A DNA stretch of 64,000 bases from the IMG/VR virus record IMGVR_UViG_3300032011_003340; one strand, written 5' to 3'. Below are positions 12,101-27,100 of this stretch, one piece after another (the stretch's first letter is position 1; each line of letters begins with the position of its first letter). Below the pieces are notes generated by a model that worked only from the letters and a program-made list of their open reading frames with translations, had not been told where the DNA came from and searched no databases. Origin of the DNA: an uncultured virus (IMG/VR IMGVR_UViG_3300032011_003340). Lineage: Duplodnaviria; Heunggongvirae; Uroviricota; Caudoviricetes. The position numbers were made by a program, and so were the translations under genes.

Positions 12101-15100
12101 TAGAAGATGTTTGTTCTATATATCCATCTTCATCAAATAATGATTCAATACTACTTTTTACATTTTCAGATACGAGTCTATCAGTAGCACTTTTCAATAC
12201 AATTTCTATAAGCTTATCTCTGTTCCCTATTTTGTACCTTATTATCTCTCCATTTTTTTCTTCACCCATCAGGTCAAGTTCTTTAATAAGTTCGTCTAAC
12301 GGGCGTTTAAATAGCTCACCTTGGATGTCTTGGTATTCTTTATAAATAGAATAAAATTCAGATTTTTTATTTTTATTTTCATCAGAAAGATTATCCCATT
12401 CTTTCTTTATATCTTCTTTTCTTTTATTTTGTTTAAGTCCTTTTTCTAAATAATCAGCAGGTACACCCATTTCAATTAAATTGGATAATACTAACTTGCG
12501 AAACTGAGTTCCTGCAGTTATTTTGTTTTTCATTTTAGGAGCTTGGTCTAATTGAACACCAAACCATTCAAAACCTGTTTTTTGAGAAATTGGAGCTGTT
12601 ATTTCAAATATACCATCTTTATAAACTGTATTTGTTTTATTTTCTTTTAATTTACGTCCAAACTTATTAGCGGTTGTAAATTGAGCAAGTCCATTACCAT
12701 TATCTGTTAATATTTTATTTAATTGTTCTAAGTTTCTACCTTTAATTAATTGAGGTATTAATGGAAATACAGAGTGTTTATATCCCGTTGGTATGAATAA
12801 GTTATTATTTTGATTATCTTTTGTAATACTTGTTTCATTACCCATTAATGATTCGGATAAATCTAAAGGTCCTGCATATTGTGTTTTAAGAACTCTAAAT
12901 AAAAACATTTCTTTAGGACTTAATTCTTCACCCATCATAACTTTATTATATGCAGCTTGATGTTGATCAGACCAATCTCCAGCACGTAAAAGTATTTCTT
13001 TATACATACCCATAGTTGCATAAGATTGAGCATCAGCCTCTTCCATATTTTGATATGGGGAAAGATAAGCTTCTACTTTAGCAGCTAATTTAGTTTCATC
13101 AGTAATACCATCCGCTATAAAACTTTCAGTAAATTCTTTTCTTAAAGCAGAAGGAGTAGTAGGTTTTCTTTCTGGTTTACCATTATTATCAATAATAGTA
13201 TAATAAGTTACACTTCCATCGTTATTAATTCTAATAGGTGGTTTTTCTAACTCTTTTAATGAATCGTCTAAACTTGCAACATCATCATTAGCTAGTGGTG
13301 ATAACGCCCAAATATCTTCCATTATCATAGAATCAAATGAACCATCGTACTTCTTACCAGATAAAATATAATCGGGGTTATAACCTAAACCTGGAACTAA
13401 TCTTAAACTATCTGTTGTACTTCCGCTATCTTTTAACAGTTTAGTTAACTTAGTTTTCCGTTTCTTAGTAAGAACAGCATTTAAATCCCATTTTCCTGTA
13501 TTATTAAAGTTTTCAACTAATTTTTTTAATTCTGAAGGAATTTCTTTTCCATTTTTATCTACACCATTTACAGACTTTATTTTAAAATCTAATATTTTAT
13601 CGGTTTTACTATCTTTAGTTTCTTTATATAATATTTTAAAGTTATTAGTTTCATTATATATTTTATCTATTTTTAATCCTTCAGAATTTTTATCATCTAC
13701 AGCTGAAACTTTTTTAGTAGAATTAATCATAGACATTCTTTTAAAGAATGCATCTGAATTTTTATACATAGCAGGATCCCCTGTAAATATTTTAGATTGT
13801 TCTATATATGCACCTGTTTGGAATAGATTAAAATCAAGTAATAATTCATCAATAATTTCACCTTTACTTGTATTCGTAAAGTTAAGTTCTAATTTTTCAT
13901 TATCCTTTGTAACATTTTGAGTATAAGGTGAAAGTATATCTGGTGATATACCTCTAAATAACATATTTTCAGCACCATCAACTAACTTTGTTTTTTTACT
14001 AAGTTTATCATTTTCACCTTTTACCCAATAATTTTCCTGTAGAATATTTTCAGGAAATTCTTTTAATAAACCATCTTTATCAATTTTCCCTTTTGTTACA
14101 GCAGCTTTAGTTATGAAATGTTTTTTAATATCTTGGATAATATTTTCTTTATTTTTATCTAAATCTTTTTTTATTTCTTCAAAACTATTACCATCTTCAA
14201 TTAACCTTATTATTTCATCTTTAATAGAGTCATTTGTACCTAAAGATATATCATCAAAAAATCTAAACTTTTTACCATTATCTTTATAGAATTTAACATC
14301 TGCACCTAGACCATTTTTAAGCTGAACCATTGCATTAACTTCATCTAACAAATAACCATAAAAAGCATCAAGAGCATCATCTCTATTTTCATATAATTTA
14401 ATAGGTTTTCCACTATCAATATCTCTAAAAGTAAATAAATTTTCAGTACCTCTATCCGCAGCACGGAAGAAAGTATAATGTCCTTTCATTGTAGAACTAA
14501 TCATCATTGCCCATTTATCAGGAGAATCTAATGATTTAGTAACTTCTCCACCAGGCTCACCTTTAATAGTCAAACCATTAAACATACCAACTTCTATTAC
14601 GGCTTGAGTAGTAATTTCATTATTGCCAGTTAAACCACTTAGTCGTTTTAATGCAATTGAATTACCAGTAAAAACATTGAAAATATGAGGAACTTCATCA
14701 CGAAGAGGATTTTTTTCATCTATGATAAGTTTTTTATCGTCAGAATTTTCACCATTAATCTTTTCATAAAGTTTTTTAGCACCATAATTCATTTTATTAG
14801 CAGATAATGATAAGAATTGATTCAATGTTGCAGCGTAAATACTTTTATTATCTACACTCATAAACTGATTATCAACTGATTGATTAGAAGATTCAACAAG
14901 TTTTTCAGCAAACTCCATAATTGTACCTCTAATATTATCATCTTTAAAAGGATTATAATCATGATTTATTTCTTTAGCATTACCGTCTTTATCTTTAGGG
15001 TTTAATGCTTTATCAATATTTTCTAATAAACTATCTTTTGCTGTTAATCTATCACCAAATGAAGTACCTTCAAGTCCTTTTATAAAATTATCCATATAAG

Positions 15101-18100
15101 ATTGCATGTCTTTAATGTCAATACCTATTTTAGATAATTGTTTTTTTAAATTTCTTACTCTATCTGTTTTATTTTTACTTTTAATTATATTGGAAGTTTC
15201 TGCTTTAAAAGTTTTTAAAAAATCAGGAAGCAATCTAGTTCTAACACCATCTTTTTCTACATCTTCTTTTATTTTATTAAAGTTTTCCTCCCATGTTTTT
15301 ACTATTTTTTCTACAGCTCTTGTTTTATTTGCATCATAAAAGAATAAATGTCCTTTCTTATCAATTGTTGCCAATAAAAATTTAGGTGCAAATTTACTAA
15401 ATGTTTGAATGAATTGGGTTATTACCCTAACATCATTTAATGTTATATCGCTTATATTTTTTTTACCTAAAACATGTAATGGTGATGTATCAGCATTTAC
15501 TAAACTTTTTAATGCTTGCCCTGGACCAGATTCATTTTTTTCTTTATTAAATATATTATTTAATTCATTAATAATAACATCAAGTCTAGCAGGTTTATTT
15601 GCTAATTTTTTAACTAATAAATTATATATATCATTGAATTCATTTGGTATAGGTAATCCTAGATATCCTCTAACATTTTCAAATATTTCTTCACCTTTAC
15701 TATCTTTCCAATCTTTATTTAGTTTTTCATTTACTAAACTTGAAATTAATAATTTAATAGCAGAAGGCATTGTAGATTTTTGATCAATTAAAGTAGAATC
15801 TTTAATGAATGCACTGTCTTTTGAAGCTTCTACTTCGTTTTCAGATCTTTCATTATCTAGCAATGTTTCACTATCAATTGAAAATCCTAAACTATTCATA
15901 TGAGTTATATGCATACGAACTAATTCATTCCATCTTTCATTGTTACCAGGACCTTTTCTTGAAATAAAATTATCATATACTTTTACTATATTACTTAATC
16001 GGGTATTTAAATTAATTAATTGTTGTTCTTGTTCTTCTGTTTTATTAGATGCTTTTTCTAATCTTTTTATTTTTTGTATAATATCAAATACAAATTTAAC
16101 ATCTCCTTTTAAAATAAGTTTTCCTTGATCAGTATTATCATCTATAAACTTTTTTGCTTTTGTATTATCAATTCCATCTGGTGTCCACCCAGCTCTTTCA
16201 ATAATTTTCTTTAAAATACCTAATCCATCTTCTCTTGCTTGCTTTTTTCTAATTTGTGCGTATAATTTTTGTTTATTAACTCCCTTTTCATAAAGAGCTT
16301 CTGAGTTAGTTCTAAATAATTCAAATACATCATTTGTTAATGCACCCATTATTGAATCTAATTCATCTTGATTTAATTTAACATCTTTAAAATCATAAAA
16401 TGAAGAAAGTTCTTTCACTGTTTTAGATTTTTGTTGTTCTGAAATAACAGTCATTTCCTCTAACTGTTTTACCTTATCTGCAAAAATTTTATACTTATCA
16501 TCTACATTATCATCCATTAATAATATAGCAAGCATAGTATCTGTATTTCTTATTTTTTCTTCCGGTGTTTTGTTTTTATCATTTAAAGTTTCGTTATACT
16601 CTGAAAAATCTTCTCTTAAATCTTTTTGAAGTTTTTGCTTTTCTTCTGTTGTTAAAAGTTTCCTTGAAAGAGAATCGTATTTTTTATCTTTTAAAAGTTT
16701 TTTAATATGTTTTAATTCTTTGTTTGTTAATTCAACAGAATCTATTTTATTTTCTTCAGGTGAATTAAGACTCCAATCATCATCATTATTATTTAGCCAA
16801 GTATCAAACTCTTTTTTTAAATCTTCTAGATTTTTTGTTTTATTCAAAATATCTTTTAATTCATTTTCTGCAAGAGTATCTAAATAGTCATCTGCTGCTC
16901 CTTTATTTTTACCCCAGAAATTTAATTCATCATTTGCCGTAATTCCAAATATTAAACTAGATCTATCTGTAAGGCCATCATCATCATCTTTAGTTTCTTC
17001 AGGTTTAACTTCGGGTTTAGTAACATAATCAATAACAGCAAAAGTTGCATCATCTTGTTTATTACCTTTAGCAGAAGTAAACTCTTTTAAACTAAAATCA
17101 GCATTATTATATTGTTCATTAAAAGATTTAAGTTGACTTTCTTTTTCTATAAAATCTGTTGATACTATTAATTTTTGACCAGGTAAAAGTTTTATAGTTG
17201 CAGTATGTAATGGACTAGAGGTGAATTCAAATTCTCCAGATTTTTCACTATAACGCATACCAAAACCACCAGTAGTAGCAGAGGCAGACATTCCATGTGT
17301 TTTTACAATATTTCCATCTTTATCTACAATAGTAAATTGAGTATCCCCAACTTTAGTAATAACATAGGTATTTTCTGCAGTTTTTTCTACATTTATATAA
17401 GTTGTAGAAATTGATGGGGTTGATGTACCCTCATTTATTTTACCACTATAAACACCAAATGCAATAGTTTTTAAAATATTTGCAAGCCCCCACTTTAATT
17501 TTAAACTGTCAATATACTCGGTTACTTCTTTTAGATTTACTTTATTTTTTTTAGATTCTGCAATATATTTAAGTATTTTAAAATATTTTAAATCACTATC
17601 AGACATATTATCAATTAAATCTTGCAATATAATATCATCTAAACTTCCACCTTTTGCTAGAATTTTAGTTACAGTAGTAGCAATACTACGTGCATTTACT
17701 ATACCATTAAAATTAGCAGCTGCACCTCCCATACCATCGGCAATAGCTATAATTTTTCCATCATCACTAATTTTAATACTATCTTGAGCTTCTTTACTAT
17801 AACTTCCAATTTTTATATTATCACTTTCATTTTTAATAATTTCTGAATCTAATTCAGCTCTATCAATAGAGTGTCCTAGTTTATCATCACTATCACCATC
17901 ATCTTTTTCATCTCTAACAGATAAAAGTGCATCTAAATATTCTATTAATAGAGGTGATGTTTCTGCTTCTGCTTCTGCTTTAGTTATTTCTTTATTTAAT
18001 ACTTGATTGGCAAGTTTTACTAATTCATCAGCAGATGTTTTTGTAATAGTATCTAAAGTACTAAAAACATAAGCTATTTCTTGAGGTGTAAGATTAGTTT

Positions 18101-21100
18101 TAACATCATCCTTTTTATCTCTTTCTACTATTTTAGCTTGTAGTTCTTTAATTTTAGCTTCTAAATCACTAACTTTTGCAAAGTCAGCAAGTTTAATACT
18201 TTCTTTAATTTCTTTATTTAAATCATTGATTTGCTCTTCAAAAGTTTTATCTTTATCATCATCTGATTTTAAACTCTTTTCATAGACTACCTTGTCATCA
18301 ATATCTTTAAATGCTCCTGCTTTTTTATAATGTGCAGCACCTATTATTAAAACCTCTTCTAAGACACCATTTTTCTTAATCCCTACTGTGACACCAAAAC
18401 TTTTTAATATGTCATTTAAGACATCAAGAAACGCCTGAAACATATTCTTTTTACCACGCTTAACAGTGTATTCAAGATCTTCTTTAATTTCACTTATTTG
18501 AATATCATTTAATAGTTCTTGAAATTCTCTTTGATTCATTAAATTAGCAAAGAACTCTTTCATTGCTCCATCAGTAGACTCTAAATCTTCTAATGCTAAT
18601 GTCTCAGAATCTGTTAGATTTTTAAAATCAACACTATTTTCTAATATTCCTTGAAATTCATCTTGATTTATTCTTTTACCAAATAACCAATAAGCAAGTT
18701 TATTAATCTTCTCTCCTGTTTCAGGATCATTATATGTTTCTTTCCATAAGTCTTGAATACTTTTCTTATTTTTATTTTTAATTAAATACTTACCTACTGC
18801 ATCTCTTAAATTGACAAGTTTATCCCAATGTTCACTTTTAAATTCTTTCTTATCTAATTTGTGTATTAATTCATGTGCTATAGTTGCACCTAAATGTTTA
18901 GGTGTTTTATTACTACGTACAATAGATCCTAAAGATAAAGATATAGCTTCTGTATTAGAATTAAATTTAGCATCAGGAGTAATGTGAGGTATATAGTTAA
19001 TAGAAGTATCTTCATCTCCCATTATTTGTTTAATCAATCTTGAATATACATTATCTTCTGTTGGCATGAATTTTTTATCAGCAAGTAGTTTTTTAACACT
19101 ATCTGGCTTTTCTGTTTTTAATTCTATAGCTACATCACCTGCATTTTTTACTCCTTTTTTTCTAAAAATATTTAAATCAGTTTTACCATCATTACTTTTT
19201 CTTGTACTTATAAGTAATCCTTCTCCTCCTTTACCTGTAATTAAATAAGGTAGATATTCATTAATAAATGTATTATTATAATTTAATGTTTGAATTATAT
19301 CATTTTTATTACTATCAAATCTAGATGGATCATCTTCTAAAAATTTATCATAGTATTCTATAAAATCACTAGCACTTTTAATTTCTCTACCTAAAAGTTT
19401 TTTTCTTTTTTGTTCTCTCTCTCCTTCACCTTTTAATTCACTACCTAATTTTAATTCTTCATTACCTAAAGTAAATATTTCTTTAATAGTTTTTATAACT
19501 TCTTTTGAGGTAATTAACTCAACTTCTCCATTTTCATCTATTGAATAAAAATCATGATAGGTTTCATTAAGATAAGAGAATGTTTGATGTACTAATAAAC
19601 CTTCATTCCCTTCTATTTTTTTAACTTTTATTCTAGTTCCAAAGTTACCTAATGTAACATCACCTGCAGTATCTACATTTATATAACCATTAACAAATTC
19701 TAATGTATCATCTTTATCAATAACAGGTAATTCAGTTTTTTCTATAGGTGTAAAATCTTCATCACCTGTATCTTCATCTGTACCTTCTTCACCGCTAGTT
19801 TCTTCAATAGTAAAATCAAAATCATCTATGTTATCAGCAGTTAGTATAATTTCATTTTTTGATTCTTCACCAGTCCAAACTAAATCAATACCATTAGATT
19901 CTAGTCTACCTACTTCATCTCCGTATTTTAAATACTCCCCTTCATCAAGAAATAAACCATCTTTCTTTAAATAATTAAGAGGTAGGGGTTTTTTCTTTTC
20001 ATCAATTATTGTTTCAGAAAAAGACATATAACGTCCAACAGTTCCATCATTATAAACAACATTATCATTTTTATCTTTAATCTTTAAACCTAAAGATTCT
20101 AATTCATCTTCAGTTATTACTCTTGATTTAAGTATTGTTGCAAGATATTCTCTATAGTTATCATATTTTGTAAGTTTAATTTCATTAGTTTCTTTATCTA
20201 AATAAGGATGTAAATATTCTTTATCAATATTTTCATCAGCAATTAATTGAAAATGAACATGTTTTCTTTTTTCATCTAAGAAACTTAAAAATTCATCAAA
20301 ATATTGTTTTCCAAATTTATCAGTTATTTTATCTTTTTTGAAATCATTATCAATATATTCTCTTATTGAATTTACAGGAAAATGTCTTTTTTCACCATTT
20401 TTATTTACAAATTGTATTCTTCCACCCGAAATCCAAATGCTAAATTTCTTATTATCTGTGGGACCAGTCCAATTAAGTACTTTATTAAGTAATCCAATAT
20501 CTTTAGATTCTTTGCCAATTGAAACTAAGTTAACATTTTTTAATTCACCATCATTTGTTTTATAAGTACCTTGTTTATTAAATGCACCTTGTTCATCTAA
20601 TAGTTCAGTAATTAATTTTAATGTTGTATTAACTTCATCTTGTTCTAATTTACCGGCAGTTACTTCAACAAGATTATTATTAGGTTTTAAAACATATAAA
20701 ACACCTGATGTTACATTGAATTGTTTATCAATTATATCACCATTTTTATTTTTAACTCTCTTTTCTACTGTTGTGTTTTTACCTTTCGCTTCTGTTGTAC
20801 GAATTAATCTATTATTTTTATCAAGTATTAAATCATCAACAATTTTTAATTCTTCATCTTTACTACGAGATAATTGAAAACCGTTAGAAATATCTTTAAT
20901 TTCTACATATACTTTTTTATCTTTATTTAATTCATTTTCAACATTCTCTCTAAATTTAGACATCTTAACATAGATGTTATTTTTTAGTATTTCTTTTACT
21001 CTTAATAAATCATCTTTGTTAGTTAAATTATAATTATTACCTCTTATTGTTATTACATTATTACCGCTAACTTCATCCCATTCTTTAGCTGGAAATTGCC

Positions 21101-24100
21101 CTAACACTTCTCCAAGTTCATTAAGAAGCATATTGTCACCCATAGTTTGAGTATACCTATCTGGTTCTCCAGGTTTTGATGTTTTTACTATATTAGGAAT
21201 ATTAGTAAATACTAATTCATAACCATCTTTTTCTAAATCATCGTGGGTAGTAGTATCGTCTAATGGACGCATATCACCTTCATTATTCATGTAGATACGT
21301 TGACCTTCTTTATTAGTAATAATAGCGTATAAACCACCTCCAAATTCTTTATCTGCATCAATAGTAGTTAAAACTTTTCCTGTTTTATTTTTAGTTTTTG
21401 GATCTACTTGTATTATTTTAACTTTATTGAAAGGATCATCCGGATTTCTTTCTTCTCTTTCACCAGTATCTTCATTAATTACTTTAGTTGGTTGTACAAA
21501 TTCTATGTTGAAATCTTCCATATTATCAACATTTAAATTCATAAACTTCATATGACGTATCTGATAGTCAACATCAACTAATTTAGGTAATTTTGTTTTT
21601 GCATCAAACATTACTTCTTTACCATCCCACTTAAGATGAGTAGGTACGGTACTTAATACTGTTGATTTACTATTTATCAAATTATCATCAACACCTTTCA
21701 TTAGAATATCATCATCTTCTAATGTATTGGTATTTTTATCTTGCTCTTTTAAAGCATTATTTATTTTTGTATCCTCCGCTGATAATTTAAATTTCTTATC
21801 ATTTAAAGCTTTTTTTGAACTTTCTATTATTTCATCATTACCGGCAAGTAAAGCTTGACGTATTTCTAATTCATCTTCAGCATCATTTTTTCTTTTAATT
21901 AAAGATTCAAGACGTTCACCTTCTTGTGATCTTACTAAATTAGTCCAATTAAGCTGTCCTTCTAATATATTTAATTGTATAGTTTCTATACCTTCTTTTG
22001 TCCAAGGGTTTTCTAATGCATCAGGATCTTTATATTCTTCTTCAGTTAATATAATTTCATTATATTCTTGTATTTTTGAATCTATATCTGCAATTTGATT
22101 TTCAATAGATTCAATTTCATAATCAATATCATAAAATTCATCAGAAACTAATTCATCTAAACGTAAATCTAAATTATTTTTTTCTGAATTTAATTGTTCT
22201 ATTTTTTCTTGATTTAAATCAATCTCATCATAAATTACATTTACTTGATCTTCATCTTCTTTTTGTAATTTAAGTAATTCCTCTTCTTTATTTAAAAGTT
22301 CTTGTAATTCACCAGGTTTTCTTCTTTTATGTATTGCAATTTTTGTTGCTACTTTAATACCTGTTCTTTTATCACCACCATAAATTACTTTCAATCGACC
22401 TTGTACATCGTTTAATTCTGCCTGTATTACATTATTTCTTTTCTCTCTATCAATATCATTAATGATTGCATTTTTTCTTTTATTTTCTTCTTCTAATATA
22501 TATATGTTATTATCAACTTGACTAATTTGATTAGATATACCATCCCAATTTAATTTTTCTTCTATATATTTTTGACTTTGTTTTTTATTATTAACTTTTT
22601 CTAAGTCAGCTTCTAAAGTATTTCTATCTTTTATTATTTGATTTAATTTTAACTGAGTACCGCTTGCATTTAAAAGACTCTCTTCAAAACTTTCTAACCT
22701 TAAAGATTCATTTATTTTAGCATCATATTTTTTATTTATTTCATCTTCAACTTTTGTTTTAAATGCTTCAATAGAAGTTTCTGTTTTAAATGGTTTTGAT
22801 TTTTTTAAACTTAAAATTTTAGCTTCAGTTAATTCTTCATCTACCTCATTACCAAAAAGATCATTTTCCTCAACTAATGTCATTAGTTTAGTACTACCAT
22901 CTTTATATGTTATAAGTCTAAATAATTCTTCAGAACCATCTTCTAGTTTTTCTTTATATGTATCAACTGTATCAACTATATTATTAGCATTATTTTTTAG
23001 TTCTATTTCTCTTTCTTTTTCTATATTCTCTCTTTGTGAAGAACCAATATCATTAATAGCTTTTTTTATTTTATTTTTGCGAAGAATTAATGTTCTTGGT
23101 GAAAGTTCAAGATCTTTATTTTCAATAGCAGCTTTTAATTCTTCTTGTAATTTAATTAAAGCATCTAATTTACTTAATTCTATTTTACTTAAATTAGAAT
23201 CTTTTTCAAGTATTTCTATTTCATTTTTAAGATCTCTTATTATTTTATTTTCACCTGTTTCTGGATCAATAGTACCATTGATCATTTCAATCATTTTATT
23301 GATATCATCAACTTTAATATCTTCTGACGAAAATGTATTAGCAAATTCTTCCCATCTTTCAACAAATATATCTTCAAATTCTAAAAGTTTATTATATTTT
23401 CTTTTATTGGCTTGTAATTCTAGATCAATAACCTCTACTGATTTTTTTAAATCATTAAATGCTTTTATTTGATCTAATTCTTTATCATCAATATCTTTTA
23501 TTAATTGTTGAATTTTATTAAATGCACTTTGTTCAGTATCAGTTACTTTTCTATCAATTCTTGATAGAATATAAATAGTACTTGCATTTATATTTTCTTC
23601 ATCTTGTATTTTATTTCCTATTTGTTTTTTCTTTTTTCGATCATTTTTTCTTATTTTATAGATTAACTTTCGTTCTTCTATGTAACGAGATAATTCACTT
23701 TCCCATTGATTGAGACTTTCCTGGATTTCTTCAGTAGTCATTTCAGTATCACCTGCTAATTTTACAAATTTAACATCATCAGCATTTTTCCTATTTTCAA
23801 TGGTTGCTTTTTCTAAAGCCTTAGACATCCTTGATAATCTCTCTGCAGTTTCAGGAGATATTGTAATAGTTTCTCCATTGGGACCAACAAAATCTGTAGA
23901 ATTTGCTCTTGTAATACCTGCATATTTTAAAGGATTTTCAAGTATTGCTTTTAATTCATCTAAACCAAGTTTACCTTTATATTCAAATTCAGTATTATAA
24001 GCTGAATCAATTAATTCTTGTTCAAATCTTGTATGAAAATCTTGAGATAACCCAAGTTCATTTATTATATCATTAACCAAAGAAGATAAACTATCAGGAT

Positions 24101-27100
24101 TTTCATTATCTAATATTCTATTAATAGTTTCTTCATTTTCAAAATATTTACGTCCAGCTAATGTATCTTTTAGTTTTCTATATATTTTTCTATTCAGTTT
24201 AATATTTCTATTGATATCTTTAAGATTTATATCAAACTTTTTTAATGATGCATTTAGTTTATCTAAATCATCTCTTAATTGTTGTATAGGTGTAGCTAAT
24301 CTATTTAATTCCTCTCTAACAAAATTAATATCTTTTTTTGTATTATCAAGAACGTCTACATATACTTCATATCTTTCAATTTCTTTCTCATAATAACTTC
24401 TATTAGAAAGAATATTTTTTCTTATTCTTTTAGCTTCTATTAGTTGTTTATTTAATTTAGTTATATGACCTAAATGTCCCCTAACAGATTCTTTCCTGCT
24501 TGTTTTTGTAGTTATTTGTTGACGTTGTTTTTCAATGTCATTTTTTATCTTTTCAATGTTATTATCTTGCTCTTCTATTTGTTTTTCAAAATCAACTAAT
24601 TTATTCCACATTTCAGTTAATTTATCTTGAAGTTCTTTAGTTTCTTCATCAAAAAGTAACTTATCTCTATCATCAATAAATTGAGCTAAAATTAAATTAA
24701 ATTGATTTGCAATAGGATCTGAATGATCTACAAGCGATGTATCTAAATCAGAAGAATTCATAAAGTCTCGTAATTCATTAAAACGAGCTATATTATTACT
24801 TATTTCTATTTGTTTATCTATTAATTTATTTCTATTTTCATTTTTATTAATATAAATTTCAGCTTTCTCTACTTTTAATTTATCTAATGTTATTTGTTTA
24901 TCCCAGAAAGCTTTAATAAATTCTAACTGAGCTTCAGCAACAAGAGCACTATCTTTTTCACGACCACGTAAATTTGCAATAGCATCTAAATCAGCTATTT
25001 CAATTGCTTGTGAATCAGACAATTTTATTTTTATTGTAGTTTCACCTTTTTCTTTTTTAGTAGAAACAATACCAATTGATTTAAATTGATCATCAAAATC
25101 TACATTATCATCAGTAGGAAGTGTTGCAATAAATTCAAGAAATTGTTTTCCGTATTTTTCATTTTTAACTTTACCAATACCTTTTATTTTTAAAAATTCA
25201 CTTTCTGTCTTAGGCATTTTTTTTGCCATTTCCATTAGTGTTTCATCTTTAGCAACAGTATATGCTGGCTTACCAGCAGCAAGATTTTTTCTAAATTCTT
25301 TTAATTTTTCAAATCTTAAATCGGCAGGAGAAAGTACTTCAAATATTTCTGTATTTCTTTCATGTTCACTATCTTTTCCTATTACACTATAATTACCATC
25401 ATTATCCTTATAATATTTTTTACTAAGTTTAGTATCTGTTAAAGAAATAGATTCTTCTTTTACTGAATCCATATTTTGAAATACAGTAAAAGAACCATCT
25501 TCATTATCCTTAATAGTATACATCTTAAATCTATTAGGAACCGGAAGTTTATTTATTTTATCTTCTAATTTTGATACTTTAAGTTGAGCTTCAACTAATT
25601 TACCTGTAAATAAAGGTTCTCTTTTTTCGTCATTACCAACTTCTTCTTGAATTTCAAGAATAGCTTTATCTAATTTAGCTACTTCTTTATTAATAGCTTT
25701 ATTAATAAGTATTTCTTGATTATCTAACTGCTTACCTGTTAATGTATCGTCTAAAGCAGGGCGATCTAATATTTTATTTAATTCATTTAATTCTTTAATT
25801 AATTCTTTTTTACGAAGAACATATTCATCTAATTTATCAATTTGATCATTTGATCTTTTTGTTGTAGATGTGTAAGGTTTTCTGTCAATATGAACAGAAG
25901 AAGTTAAAGATTTTTTCTTTTCATTTAACTCATTCAATTTAGTTAATAATCTACCAACTTCTTTTTTAGATTCTTCTAATTGTTTTTTATTTTTTCTATT
26001 TATATTATTTTTATATTCTTCCCATTCTTCCTCTTTACCCGGTTTAATTTGATTTTCGTAAAGTTCTTTATTAGTTTCATTAATTAAAAATGGCTCTTCA
26101 TTTTCAGGTGTAAATGTATATTTACCATCTTTAAAATCAACTCTGCCTCTTTTACTATTAAATAAATTAGTTTTACCCTCTTCACTATTATCCCAATAAA
26201 CAAATCCATCTCTATCTTGAAGTTCCATTAATTGTTCCATATGTAAATTAAAATAGAACTTTCTTCTTTTCTCCCTATTCTTTTCTTGTTCTCTTCTAAT
26301 TAATTTAGCTAATTTTTCACCACTAACTAAATCATCAAATTCTTCATCAAGTTCAAGTGATTTTTTAACAGCGGCTAATTTTCTATCATATATGTCACTT
26401 TGTTCTTTAGTACTAAATTCATCTAAACCTAATTTTTCAATTCTTTCATCGAAAGGTTTAGATATTTCTTTTTCTCTTACCTCTATATCTTTTAAAGATT
26501 TACTAATTTGATTTAATAAATCTTCTCTTTTTTGTAAACTCTCATCTAAATCTCTTTTTATATCTTTTTCAGGTACTCTATCAAATTTATCAAGTTCATC
26601 TTGTAATTGATCCTGTTTCTCTTTTAAGTCTATTAATTTTTTATCAGAAATTAACTTTTTATTTTTTTCTTGTTGTATTTTAAATGCTTGATCAAATTTA
26701 AATTTATTAGATACACCATCATCATCTATTTCATTTATATCAATATCATTTTTTTCTGCATGATTTTTAACAGCTAATTTATGTTTTTCTTCTGCTTCTT
26801 TATTTAAATTTTCTATATCTCTATTTAATAAATCATAACTCAATCTATTATTAAATGCAGCGTGTGCAATGGAATTATCTAATTTAGTATTATATTCCAT
26901 CCAACGATCATAGTATTCATCAATTTTTACTATTGATTCTTTAGCTTGTTCTTTATATTCTTTACTATATCCTCTAGATTCAGCTTCTTCTGGACTTAAT
27001 GATCCTATTTCTTCAAATATATTTACTAAATGATCTTTAGTATTACTTTTAAATGATTCAACAGCAGTACGAGCTAAAGAAAATTCTTTATGTTTATCAG

